From assembly GCF_009914755.1 (NCBI RefSeq), contig NC_060931.1: a stretch of 64,000 nt of DNA; one strand, written 5' to 3'. The stretch comes from the human T2T-CHM13v2.0 reference genome, Homo sapiens. Position numbers and translations under genes: made by a program. Positions within the stretch are counted from its first letter, which is position 1. Every line of letters begins with the position of its first letter. The notes below the pieces were generated by a model. That model saw only the letters and a list, made by a program, of their open reading frames with translations, was not told the origin of the DNA and ran no database searches. Of this stretch, positions 47,044 to 60,786 are shown piece after piece.

Positions 47044-47231
47044 CTTTGCCAGGTATAGCAAATAAAAATACAGGCCACCCAGTTAAATGTGAATTTCAGA
47101 TCAATAACAAATATATTTTTATTGTCAGTCTTTCCCATGCCATATTTTGGGCATGCCTATGCTAACATTTATTTGTTGTTTATGCAGAAGTCAAATTTAA
47201 CTAGGCATCTTATGTTTTATTTGGCAACCCT
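47044..47231. mobile_element. MER53 (palindromic hAT MITE)
   Basis: ttgccagg...aaataaaaatacagg...cccagttaaat.tgaatttcagat...aaatttaact.ggc...tggcaaccct; self-complementary. Confidence 0.85.
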
Positions 47232-48941
47232 ACAGCAAAAAACATTGTATTGTTTTCCTGCAGTGTAGATAATGCCAAGGGGCAGTGTGCTGTCGTTAGT
47301 AACCATTGTCATGTGAATTTATGGAAAACAATTGTTATCTTAAAGTAACTTACCAATCTACCGTGGCTTCCCCCACCCACCCCCAGCCATCTTCCCACTT
47401 CCTTCTCTCCTTTCCCCCCCATCTCACCTCCATTTCTCTCTTTATTTTCTTTAATCCTCTCACTGTTCCTCTGAGGGTTTGAAGGAAGTCTTCACAGCAT
47501 CCTAAACCACATGCACAATGACTCTAGAGTGAATCTAGCAAAAGACACGTTTTTAAAGGCAATGTTTTCTGAAATGTCTTTATTAAGATATAATTCACAG
47601 ACCGTAAAGTCCACCCATTTAAAGTGTACAAGTCTTTGATTTTAAGGATATTCACAGAATTGTGCAACCAGCCCCCAAATCTAAGTTTAGAATAGTTTTA
47701 CTCCCCCAAGGTTACTGTACACATTAGCAGTCACCCCTCACCCTCCCTTCTCACCTAACACCTAGGCAACCGTTTCCTATCTCTATAGATTTACGCATTC
47801 TGGATATTTCCTATATGAACAGTCACATAATATGTGATCTTTTGTGACTGGCTTCTTTTACTTATTATGATGTTTTAAAGATTCATCCTGTAGTTGGCTG
47901 TGTCAACACTTAATTCTGTTTTATTGCCAAACAGTATTTGATTGCATGGATATACCATATTTTTAATCCATTCATCACTTTATGGCCATTTAGATTGATT
48001 TTGGCTATTACGAATAATGCTCCTATCAACACTTGCGTGCGAGTGTTTGTGTGGACATACATTTTCTTTATCTTGAGTGTATTGCTAAGAATAGAATTTC
48101 TGAATAATGTGATAACTCCATGTTTAATATTTTGATAAACTTGCAAACTGTTTTCACACTCCCACCAGTATGAGAATTTTGATTTTACACATCCTCACCA
48201 AATCTTGTTATTATCTGTTTTTTTTTTATTATAGCCTAGAAAGTGTGAAGTGGTATCTCGTTGTGGTTGCAATTTGCATTTCCTGATAGCTGACAATATT
48301 AAGCATTCTTTTATGGGCTTATTGACCATATTTATATTTTTGGAGAATTATCTATTCATACCCCTTGCCCATTTTAAAATTAGGTTATCTGTCTTTTTGT
48401 TGTGAAATTTCTTTGTGTATTCTGGATATAAATCCTTGTCAAATATATAATTAAAAATGCTTTCTGCCATTTTGTGGATTCTCTTTTCACTTTCTTGATA
48501 GCGTTCTTTGGTGCACAAGTTTTTAATTTTGATGAAGTTTAGCTTATCTAATTTTCTTTGGTTGCTTATGCTTTTGGTGTTATATCTAAGAAACTATTGT
48601 CTAATCTAAGGTCACAAAGAATTGCACCTATGTTTTCTTCTAAGAGTTTTGTAGTTTTAGCTCTACATTTAGGACTTTGGTCCATCTTGAGTTAATTTTT
48701 GTATGCGTTGTGAGGTAGAGTCCAAATGTATTCTTTTGTATGTATATATACAGTTTTCCTAGTATCATTTATTGAAGAGACTATTCTTTCTCCATTTAAT
48801 TGTCCTCTAACCCTTGTTAAAAATCAATCAATCGTAAATGTGAGGCTTTGTTTCTGGATTCTTGGTTCTATCCCATAGATCTATATATCTATCCCTATGC
48901 TAGGACCATGCAGTCTTGCTTACTGTAGCTTTGTAATAGTT

Positions 48942-49250
48942 TTATTTTTTTATTTTTATTTTTTGAGACAGGGTCTCACTCTTTCATCCAGGCTGGAGTG
49001 TGGTGGTGTGATCACTGCTCACTGCAGCCTCGAATACCTGAGCTCAGTTGATTTTCCCACCTTAGCCTCCTGAGTAGCTGGGACTACAGGTACGTGCATC
49101 ACTATGCCCGGCTAATTTTTTGTACTTTTTATAGAGATGGGGTTTCACTATTTTGCCCAGACTGGTCTCAAACTCCTGGTCTCAAGCGATCTGCCTGCCT
49201 CAGCCTGCCATGGTGCTGGGATTACAGGCGTGAGCCACCATGCACAGCCC
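48942..49250 (-). mobile_element. AluJ
   Basis: J diagnostics; TSD tgtaatag(g)ttt. Confidence 0.92.
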
Positions 49251-49681
49251 TGTAATAGGTTTTGAAATCAGGAAGTGTGAGTCCTCCAACTGTTATTTTT
49301 AAACATTGTTTTGCTTATATTGGGGATATTGTAATTATATTTCCATATGAATTTTAGAATCAGATGGTCAGTTTCTATAAAAAAAAGGCAGCTAGGATTT
49401 TGACAGTGATTAAATCTGTACGTGAATTTGGGAATATTGTCATGTTAATGTTAACTCTTTCAAGGCATGATCACAGAATATCTTTCAATTTATTTAGATC
49501 TTTAGTTTATTTTAAAAATATTTTGTAGCTTTCAGCGTACAAGTCTTGCACTTTTTTGATTAATTTTATTCCAAAGTATTTTACTCTTTTTTTGGTGCTA
49601 TTAAAATGAAACTATTTTCCTAATTTAAATTTGAGATTGTTCACTGTTAGTGTATAGAAGCACAATTGATTTTTATTTTCT

Positions 49682-50018
49682 TATACAGAAAGAGGTTTAT
49701 TTGGCTCACAGTTCTGCAGGCTGTACAAGAAGCATGGAACCAGCATTTGCTTCTGGTGAGGGCTTCAGGTTGCTTGCACTCCTGGTGGAAGGGGAAGGGA
49801 AGCCAGCATGTGCAGACGTTAGTGGTGAGAGAGGAAGCCAGAGAGAGAAAGGGAGGGAGGACATGTCAGACTCGTCTTAATAGCAGGCTTTCATGGGAAC
49901 TAATAGGGCAAGAACTCACTCATTACTGTGATGATGGCGCCGAGCCACTGATGAGGGATCTGCCCTCGTGACCCAAACACCTCCCATTAGGCCCCCAACT
50001 CCAACATTGGGATCAAAT
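49682..50018 (-). mobile_element. MST LTR fragment lacking both termini (putative L1 3' transduction). Strand shown is the LTR sense.
   Basis: On the minus strand it begins at aaatttgatccc and ends ~14 nt after AATAAA (49696-49701). Confidence 0.85.
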
Positions 50019-53000
50019 TTTTTTTTAAACATTTTAAAACATTTTAAAATTTTAAGTTCTGTGGTGCATGTGCGGGATGTGGAGGTTTGTTACATAGGTA
50101 AACGTGTGCCATGGTGGCTTGCTGCATCCATCAACCCGTCACCTAGGTATTATGCCCAACATGCATTAGCTATTTTTCCTGATATTCTCCCTCTCCCTGA
50201 CCCTCTACCGACAGGCCCCGGTGTGTGTTATATCCCTCCCTATGTCCATGTGTTCTCATTGTTCAGCTTCCACTTATAAGTGAGAACGTGTGGTGTTTGG
50301 TTTTCTGTTCTTGTGTTAGTTTGCTGAGGATAATGGCTTCCATCTCCATGCATGTCTCTGAAAAGGACATGATTTCATTCATTTTTATGGCTGCATAGTA
50401 TTCCATGATGTATATGTACCACATTTTCTTTATCCAGTCTATCACTGATGGGCATTTGGGTTGATTCCACGTCTTTGCTATTGTGAATAGTGCTGCAGTG
50501 AACATACACATGCATGTGTGTCTTTATGCTAGAATAATTTATATTCCTTTGGATATATATTCAGTAATAGCATTGCTGGGTCAAATGATATTTCTGGTTC
50601 TAGATTTTTGAAGAGTCGTCACACCGTCTTCCACAGTGATTGAAATGATTTACATTTCCACTAACAGTGTAAGTGTTCCTATTTATCTGCAACTTTGCCA
50701 GCATCTGTTGTTTCTTGACTTTTTAATAATTACCATTCTGACTGGTGTGAGATAGTATCTCATTGTGGTTTTGATTTGCATTTCTCTAATGATCAGTGGT
50801 GTTGAGCTTTGTTTCATGTTCATTGGCCACATGTATGTCTTCTTTGGAGAAGTGTCTGTTTATGTCCTTTGCCCACTTTTTAAAAAATTATTACTTCAAC
50901 TTTATTTATCTTTGAATTTTTTATTTCCATAGGTTTTTGGGGAATAGGCGGTTTTTTGTTACATTAATAACTTGTTTAGCGGTGATTTGTGAGATTTTGG
51001 TGCACCCACCACCTGAGCAGTATACGCTGTACCCAGTGTGTAGTCTTTTATCCCTCACCCCATTCCCATACTTTTTTTCGAGTCTCTAAAGTCCGTTGTA
51101 TCATTCTTATGCTTTTGCATCTTCATAGCTGAGCTCCCACTTGTAAGTGAGAACATACCATGTTTGCTTTTCTATTCCTGAGTTATTTCACTTAGAATGA
51201 CAGTCTCCAATCCCATCCAGGTTGCTGCAAATGTCATTAATTCATTCCCTTTTGTGGCTGAGTAGTATTCCCTCATATATACACACCACAGTGTCTTTAT
51301 CCACTCATCGATTGATGGGGATTTGGGCTGGCTCCACATTTTTGCAATTGTGAATTGTGCTGCTGTAAACATGTGTGTGCAAGTATCTTTTTTGTATACT
51401 GATTTCTTTTTCTTTGAATAGATACCCAGTAGTGAGATTGCTGGATCAAATGGTAGATCTACTTTTAGTTCTTTAAGGAATCTCCACACTGTTTTCCATA
51501 GTGGTTGTACTAGTTTACATTCCTACCAGCAGTGTAGAAGTGTTCCCTTTTCACCGCATCCATGCCAACATCTATTATTTTTTGATTTTCTGATAATAGT
51601 CATTCTTGCCAGTGGTAAGGTGGTATCACATTATGGTTTTGATTTGCATTTCCCTGATCATTAGTGATGTTGAGCATTTTATCATATGTTTGTTGGCCAT
51701 TTGTTTATATTCTTTTGAAAATTGTCTATTCATGTCCTTAGCCCACTTTTTGATGTGATTGTTTGCTTTTTTCTTACTGATTTGTTTGAGTTCATTGTAC
51801 AGTCTGGATATTAGTCCTTTGTCAGATGTATAGATTGTGAAGATTTTCTCCCACTCTGTGGGTTGTGTGTTTACTTTGCTGACTGTTCCTTTTGCCCTGC
51901 AAAAAGCTTTTTAGTTTAATTAATTCCCATCTATTTATCTTTGTTTTTGTTGCATTTGCTTTTGGGTTCTTAGTTATGAAGTCTTTGCCTAAGCCAGTGT
52001 CTAGAAGGGTTTTTACGATGTTACCTTCTAGAATTTTTGTGGTTTCACATCTTAGATTTAAGTCCTTGATACACTTTGAGTTGACTTTTGTATAAGGTGA
52101 AAAATAAGGATCCAGTTTCATTCTCCTACATGTGGCTAGCCAATTATTCCAGCACCATTTGTTGAATAGGGTGTCCTTTCCCCACTTTATGTTTTTGTTT
52201 GCTTTATTAAAGATCAGTTGGCTGTAAATATTTGGGTTTATTTCTGGGTTCTCTATTCTGTTCCATTGGCCTATGTGCCTATTTTTATACCAGTACCAGG
52301 CTGTTTTGGTGACTGTGGCCTTATAGTACAGTTTGAAATCAGGTAATGTGATGCCTCCAGATTTGTTCTTTTTGTTTAGTCTTGCTTTGGCTATGTGGGC
52401 TCTTTTCTGGTTTTATATGAATTTTAGAATTTTTTTCAAGTTCTGTGAAGAATAATAGTGGTATTTTGGTGGAAATTGCATTGAATTTGTACATTGCTTT
52501 TGGCAGTATGGTCATTTTTACAATATTGATTCTACTTATCCATGATCATGGGATTTGTTTCCATTTGTTTGTGTCATTGATAATTTCTTTAAGCAGGGTT
52601 TTGTAGTTTTCGTTGTAGAGGTCTTTCACCTCCTTGGTTAGGTATATTCCTAAGTATTTTATTGTTTTCTGCAGCTATTGTAAAAGTGGTTGAGTTCTTG
52701 ATTTGATTCTCAGCTTGGTCACTGTTGGTGTATAGCAGAGCTACTGATGTGTGTACATTAATTTTGTATCCTGAAACTTTGCTGAATTTATTTATCAGCT
52801 TTAGGAGCTTTTTGGAGGAGTCTTTAGGGTTTTCTAGGTATACTATCATATCATCAGCAAATAGTGACAGTTTGACTTCCTCTTTACTGATTTGGATGAC
52901 CTTTATTTCTTTCTCTTGTCTGATTGCTCTGGCTAGGATTTCCAGGAATATGTTGAAGACTAGTGGTGAGAGTGGGCATCCTTGTCTTGTTCCAGTTCTT

Positions 53001-56000
53001 AGAGGGAATTCTTTCAACTTTTCCCCATTCAGTATTATGTTGGCTGTGGGTTTATCACAGATGGCTTTTATCACATTGAGACATGTCCCTTTTATGCCAA
53101 TTTTGCTGAGGGTTTAAATCATAAAGGATGCTGGCTTTTTTCAGATACTTTTTCTGCATCTATTGAGATGATCATGAGATTTTTGTTTCTAATTCTCTTT
53201 ATGTGGTGTACCACATTTATTGACTTGCATATGTTAAACCATCCCTGCATCTTTGGTATGAAATCTACTTGATCATGGTGGATTATCTTTCTGATACGCT
53301 GTTGGATTTGGTTAGCTAGTATTTTGTTAAGGATTTTTGCATCTATGTTCGTCAGGGATATTGGTCTGTAGTTTTCTTTTTTGGTTATGTCCTTTCCTGG
53401 TTTTGTATTAGGGTGATACTGGCTTCATAGAATGATTTAGGGAGGATTTCCTCTATCTTGTGGAATAGTGTCAACAGGATTAATACCAATTCTTCTTTGA
53501 ATGTCTGGTAGAATTCAGCTGTGAATCCTTCTGGTCCTGGGCTGTTTTCTGTTGTTAATTTTTTAAATTACCATTTCAGTCTTGCTATTTGTTATTGGCC
53601 TGTTCAGGGTATCTAATTCTTCCTGATTTATGCTAGGAGGGTTGTATCTTTCCAGGAATTTATCCATCTCCTCTAGGTTTTCTAGTTTATGCATGTAAAG
53701 GTGTTCATAGTAACCTTGAATGATCTTTTGTATTTCTGAGGTGTCAATTGTAATATCTCCTGTTTCATTTCTAATTGAGCTTATTTGGATCTTCTCTCTT
53801 CTTTTCTTGGTTAATCTTGCTAATGGTCTATTAATTTTATGTTTTCAAAGAACCAGCTTTTTGCTTCATTTCTCTTTTGTATTTTGTTGTTGTTGTCATT
53901 TCAATTTCACTTAATTCTTCTCCGATCTTGGTTATTTCTTTTCCTCTGCTGGGTTTGGGTTTGGTTTGTTCATGTTTCTCTAGTTCCTTGAGGTGTGATC
54001 TTAGATTGTCTATTTGTGCTCTTTCAGACTTTCTGATGTAGGCATTTAAGACTATGAACTTTCCTTTTAGCACTGCCTTTTTTGAATCCCAGAAGTTTTG
54101 ATAGGTTGTGTCACTAATATTGTTCAGTTCAAAGAATTTCTAAATTTCTATCTTGATTTCATTGTTGACCTAATGATTATTCAGGAGCAGGTTATTTAAT
54201 TTCCATGTATTTGCATGGTTTTGAAGGTTCTTTTTGGAGTTGATTTACAGTTTTATTCCACTGTGGTCTGACAAAGTACTTGATATAACTTCAATTAAAT
54301 TTATTGACACTTGTTTTGTGGCCTATCATATGGTCTATCTTGGAGAAAGTTCCATGTGCTGGTGAATAGAATGTATATTCTGTGGTTGTGGGGTAGAATG
54401 TTCTGTAAATATCTAAGTTCACTTGTTCCAAGGCATAGTTTAAATCTATTGTTTCTTTGTTGACTCTCTGTCTTGATGACCTGTCTAGTGCTGTCAGTGG
54501 AGTAGTGAAGTCTTTGACTATTATTGTGTTGCTGTCTATCTAATTACTTAGGTCTAGCAGTAATTGTTTATAAATTTGGGAGTTCCAGTGTTAGGTGCAT
54601 ATATATATAGGACTGTGATATTTTCCTGTTGGACCAAGCCTTTTAACATTATATAATATCCCTCTTTGTCTTTTTTAAATGCTGTTGCTTTAAAGATTGT
54701 TTTGTCTGATATAAGAATAGCTACTCCTGCTTGCTTTTGGTGCCCATTTACATGGAATATCTTTTTCCATCCCTTTACCTTAAGTTTATGTGAGTCCTTA
54801 TATATTAGGTGAATCTCCTGAAGGCAGCAAATACTTGGTTGGTGAATTCTTAATCCTTCTGCAATTCTATATCTTTTAAGTGGAGCATTTAGGTCATTTA
54901 CATTCAACATTAGTATTGAGATGTGAGGTACTACTATTCCATTCATCCTGCTATTTGTTGCCTGTATACCCTGGGTTTTTTTATTTTTATTTTTGTTTTA
55001 TAGGTCCTGTGAGATTTATGCTTTAAGCAGGTTCTGTTTCAATGTGTTTCCAGTATTTGTTTCAAGATTATGAGCTCCTTTTAGCAGTTCTTGTAGTGCT
55101 GGCTTGGCAGTGCTGAATTCTCTCAACATTTGTTTATCTGAAAAAGACTGTTCTTTCTTTCATTGATGAAGCTTAGTCTTGCTGGATACAAAAATCTTGG
55201 CTGATAATTGTTTTGTTTAAGGAGGCTGAGTTAGGGCCACAGTGCTTCTGGCTTGCAGGGTTTCTGCTGAGAAATATGCTATGAATCTGATAGGTTTTCC
55301 TTTACAGGTTACCAATTCTTTCCTTTGTCTTAACTTTAGATAACCTGATGACAATTTGCCTAGGCAATAATCTTTTTGCGATGAATTTCCCAGGTTTTCT
55401 TTGAGCTTCTTGTATTTGGATGTCTAGGTCTCTAGCAAGTTTTCCTTGATTATTCACCCTGAATATGTTTTCCATACTTTTAGATTTTTCTTCTTCCTCA
55501 GGAACACCAATTATTCTTAGGTTTGGTCACTTAACATAATCCCAAATTTCTTGGAGATTTTGTTCATTCTTTAATTCTTTTTTTCTTTGTCTTTGTTGGA
55601 CTGGGTTAATTCAAAAACCTTGTCTTTGAGCTCTGAAGTTCTTTCTTCTGCTTGTTTGATTCAGTTGCTGAGACTTTCTAGAACATTTTGCATTTCTTTG
55701 TGTCCTTTATTTCCTGAAATTGTGATTGTCTTTGATTTATGCTGTCTATTTCACTGAAGTTTTCTCACCTTGTTTCTTTTATCATTTTTTTTATTTCCTT
55801 AAATTAGACTTCACGTTTCTCTTGTGCCTCCTTGATTTGCTTAATAATCAACCTTCTGAACCCTTTTTTAGGTAAATCAGGGATTTCTTCTTGTTTTGGA
55901 TCCATTGCTGGTGAGCTAGTGTGATTTTTGGGGAGTGCTAAAGAAACATGTTTTGTCATATTACCAGAATTGTTTTTCTGGTTCTTTCTCATTTGGGTAG

Positions 56001-58253
56001 GCTATGTCAGAGGGAAGATCTGGGGCTCAAGGCAACTATTCAGATTCAGTTGTCTCATGGAGTGTTCCCTTGATGTAGTTACTCCCTCTTTTCCTAGGGA
56101 TGTGGCTTCCTGAAAGCCCAGATGTAGTGATTGTTACTGCTCTTCTGGATCTAGCCACCCAGCAGGGCTACCAGGCTCCAGGCTCGTACTGGGGGCTGTC
56201 TGCACAGAGTCCTTTGATGTGAACTGTCTTCAGATCTCTGTCACGGGTACCAGCACCTGCTCCAGTGGAGGTGGCAGGGGAGTGAAAAGGACTCTGTGAG
56301 GGTCCTAGTTTTGGTTGTTTAATGCACTGTTTTTGTGATCTCCTGCCAGGAGGTGACACTTTCAAGACGGCACCAGCTGTAGTGTGTAGGGAGGATCACG
56401 AGGTGAGTGGGGCCTTAGAACTCCCAAGAGAATATGCCCTTTGTCTTCAGTTACCAGGGTGGGTAGGGAAGGACCATCAGATGGGGGCAGGGTTAGGCAT
56501 GTCTGAGCTCAGGCTCTCCTTGGGAGGGGCTTGCTGTGGCTGCTGTGTTGGCTAGAGGTGTGGTTTCCAGGTCAATGGAGTTATGTTCCCAGAAGGATTA
56601 TGGCTGCCTCTGTTGTGTCATGCAGGTTGTCAGGGATGTCGGGGAGAGCCGGCAGTTACAGGCCTCACCCAGTTCCCAAGCAAACCAAAAGGCTAGTCTC
56701 ACTCCCAACATGTCCACCACCCCCAGCAGCACCGAGTTTGTTTCTAGGCAGTGGGTGAGCAGGGCTGAGAATCTGCCCTTGGCTACCACCTATCCCCTGA
56801 GAAAGCAAGCAGGCCTTTTGTGCCTCTCCATCTGTTGAGTCTGCACACCGAATTCACACCCCCACCCCATGTTCTGGCCAAGAGACTTCACATTCAGTTG
56901 GAATTATCACAAAGTTCAGCTGGAGGTTTCCTTTTCCCTGTGGTCTTTTCTCAGTTCCTCTGGCAGCCCTCCCCAAAGATCTCTGTGAGACAAGGCAGAA
57001 ACAGCTTCCCAGGGTACCTAGAGAGCCCAGAGGGCTTTTCCTGCTGCTTCGTCTACTCCTGTATTTCTCTAGGCTCTCTAATTTGACCCAGCTCCAGGTA
57101 AGGTCTAGACCTTTAGGTTCCCCAGTGAAGGTGTGTGTCCAGGGGCAATGATCCCCCTTTCCCACTTTCACAGCTTGGACACTCACAGTGTTTGGGGGGT
57201 GTCTTCTGGGTCCTGCAGGAGCAATCTGCTTCCATCAGAGGGTCTGTGGATTCTCTCAGCTTTCCTGGTATATTCCTACAATAGTTCTGGAGCAAAAGTT
57301 CACGATGTGGGTCTCCACACGCTGCTCTCCTGTCCGAGTGGGAGTTGCAATCTAGTCCTGCCTCCTATTTCATTGCCCACTTTTTAATGGGGTTGCTTAT
57401 GTTTTTTCTTGTCAGTTTGTTTAAGTTCCTTGTAGACTCTGGATATTAGACCTTTGTCAGATGGATAGATTGCAAAAATTTTCTCCCATTCTGTAGGTTG
57501 TCTGTTCACTTCGATGATAGTTTCTTTTGTTGTGTAGAAGCTCTTTAGTTTAATTAGATCCCATTTGTCAATTTTTGCTTTTGTTGCAATTGCTTTTGGT
57601 GTTTTCATCATGAAATCGTTGCTCATGCCTATGTCCTGAATGATATTGCCTAGATTTTCTTGTAGGGTCTTTATAGCTTTGGGTTTTACATTTAAGTCTT
57701 TAATCCATCCTGAGTTAATTCTTGTATAAGGTGTAAAAAAGTGGTCTAGTTTCAATTTTCTGTATATGGCTAGCCAGTTCTCCCAGCACCATTTATTAAT
57801 TAGGAAATCCTTTCTCCATTGCTTGTTTTTGTCAGGTTTATCAAAGAGCAGATGGTTGTAGATGTGCGGTCTTATTTCTGAGTTCTCTATTCTGTTCCAT
57901 TGGTCTATGTGTCTGTTTTTGGTACCAATACCATACTGTTTACAGTTGGTTACTGTAGCCTTTTAGTATAGTTTGAGGTTGGGTAGCATGATGCCTCCAG
58001 CTTTGTTCTTTTTGCTTCAGACTATCTTGGCTATCTGGGCTCTTTTTTGGTTCCATATGAATTTTAAAATGGTTTTTTCTAATTCTGTGAAGATTGTCAA
58101 TAAAGGAAGTGAAGGACTTCTTCAAGGAGAATTGTAAACCACTGCTTAAGGAAATCAGAGAGGACACAAACAAATGGAAAAACATTCCATGTTCATGGAT
58201 AGGAAGAATCAATATTGTGAAAATGACTACACTGCCCGAAGTAATTTATAGAT
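50019..58253 (-). mobile_element. 5'-truncated and inverted L1PA (PA8-PA11-like): body 50019-50883 and 57373-58101, inverted piece 58102-58253
   Basis: L1PA 3'UTR and ORF2 sequence is colinear across the nested L1PB; orientation flips at 58101/58102. Confidence 0.9.
50884..57372 (-). mobile_element. Full-length L1PB (PB1-like), ~6.5 kb, degenerate
   Basis: PB-type 3'UTR (ttccataggtttttgggga...gtgatttgtgagattttggtgcaccc) and 5'UTR (aggaggcaggactagattgcaactcccac); ORF1/ORF2 remnants including LFADDM; 15-bp TSD ttgcccactttttaa at 50869-50883 and 57373-57387. Confidence 0.92.
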
Positions 58254-58420
58254 ACAGTTGATTTTTAAATACCGACTTCATATCCTATAACATTGCTGAA
58301 CCGATTTATTAATTCTAGTAATTTTTTGTGCATTCCATAGAGTTTTCTATGTATAAGATCATGTCCTCTACAAATAGAGATAATTTTAATTCTTTCTTTC
58401 CAATCTAGATACTACTTACT

Positions 58421-58462
58421 TCTTCTTCTTTTTTTTTTTTTTTTGTGGGGGGGGGGGGGGGG
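58421..58462. repeat. poly-T followed by a G16 homopolymer
   Basis: G run at 58447-58462. Confidence 0.95.
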
Positions 58463-59277
58463 CCTGGCTAGAACCTCCAGAACAGTAATGAATTGAAGTG
58501 GTAATAGTGAACATTTGTGTCTTATTCCAAATCTTAGGAAGCATTCAGTCTATAACATTTAAGTAGGATGTTATCTATGGGCTTTTTATAGATGCCCTTT
58601 ATCAGCTTAACAAAATTTACTTCCATTCCTAGTTTATTGATTAATTTTATATGAAAATATATTGAATTTTGTCAAACCTTTTTTGTGTCTATTGAGATGA
58701 TCATGTGTTTTTTGTTCTTTATTCTATTAATATGGCATTATATTTATTAGTTTTTGGATGTTAAACTGATATTAAATGCCTGGTATAAATCCCACTTGGT
58801 CATAGTGTATAATTCTTTATATATTTGCTGGATTTAGTTTTCTAGTATTTTGTTGAGAATTTTTGCATGTATAATGATAAAATGTATTAGTCTATAGTTT
58901 TCTTGTGATATCTTTATTTGGTTTTGATATCAGTGTAATAATGAAATGAGATGAAAAGTATTATTTCATCTTATTCAGAAGGGTTTGCAAAGAATTATTA
59001 TTAATTATTCTTTTACTATTTGATAGAATTCACTAAGAAAGCCATCTGGGCTTTTCTGAGAGGAAATTTAAAAAATTACTAATTTAGTGTCTTTACCTGT
59101 TATAGGTCTATATAGATTTTCTGTTTATGCTTGAGTCAGTTTCATTAGTTTTTCTTTCCAGATATACGTCCATTTCATCTAAATTCTCAAATTATTTGGC
59201 ATACAATTACTTATAATATTTCTTTATAATCCTTTTTATTTTTGAAAGGATAGCATGATGTTCCCACTTGTTTAAAT

Positions 59278-59439
59278 GTATATGTTGGATATGGTATGGT
59301 AAAGCTGGTGTGACCACAGGAGGAAATGAGAACCGGTCTTGAAGGAAAGAAGGTTATTACACTCCCAGGGAGGGAGTGACTGCATAGGATGCAGAGCTAC
59401 ACAGGAATACAACCACTAGTGTGGTCAACAAAATGGGTG

Positions 59440-59489
<50 letters not shown>

Positions 59490-59755
59490 AGAGACAGAGA
59501 GAGTGAGTGAGAGAGCACTTGTGGGCCAAAATCTTTATTGGAGTAATCTGGGGTGTGGTTGAGATTTATCAAAACCAGGGAATTTCACTGGGTGGTTTGA
59601 AAGGAAGCCAAGCACATGAAGAAAGGAGAATAGAGTACAGCAGTTGGGTTTGTTTTCAAAGAGCATCAGTGGGTGTGGGTTCACAATTAGAGCAGTGAGG
59701 AAGATGCTGAAGCACCAAAGTTTGAACTCAAAATGGAGGTGTTTTCGAACACATT
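59278..59755. mobile_element. Probable LTR-type insertion with (GA)n, family not resolved
   Basis: Non-L1 block interrupting the L1MB, begins tgta; (GA)n at 59443-59487. Confidence 0.45.
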
Positions 59756-60231
59756 ACTTTAATTCCTGATTGTAGTAATTTGAATCTAAGGTCAGCAGTA
59801 ATGTCTCTACTCTCATGCTTGATTGTAGTAATTTGAGTTTTCCCTCATTTTCTTGGTTAGTCTAGCTAAAAGTTTGTTAATTTTATTTTTTCATAGAACT
59901 TTTAGTTTTGTCGACTTTGTCGATCATTTTCTATTCTTTTTAAAAACTTATATCCTTCTAATCTTTACAGTTTGTTTCATTTTCTTTGGGTTTGGTTTAC
60001 TCTTCTTTTTCTAGTTTTTAAGGTAGGAGGTGGTTAGGTTTTCATTTGAAATCTTTCTTCATTCTTAATATAGGTGTTTACAGCTATAAGTTTGCCTCTG
60101 AGCATGGCTTTAGCTGCATCCCCTATATTTTGGTATGATATATTTTTGTTTTTACTTATGTCAAGATATTTCCTCATTCATTTGTGGTCAGAGAACATAC
60201 TTTGTATGACATATGACTTTAATACTTTTAA

Positions 60232-60543
<312 letters not shown>

Positions 60544-60786
60544 TTAACTTTCTTAAAACTTGTTATGACATAAAATATAGTCTGTGCTGGAGAATGTCCT
60601 ATGTGGACTTAAAAAGAATATGTATTCTGCTATGTTTGGCTAGAGTGTCCTATAGAGGTCTATTAGGTCTGTTTGTTTTATAGTGTTGTTCAAGTCCTTT
60701 ATTGCATTGTTTATTTCTTCTTTCAATTCTGTCAGTTTCACATATTTTGCAGCTTTGTTGTTAGATGGAAATATATGTATATATAT

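Noticed and set aside
57940-58212. ORF listed in the track as + strand (MILPIHEHG...)
   Set aside because: The peptide actually reads from the minus strand (caa at 58210-58212, tta at 57940-57942) and is a chance frame across the L1 inversion junction, not a gene.
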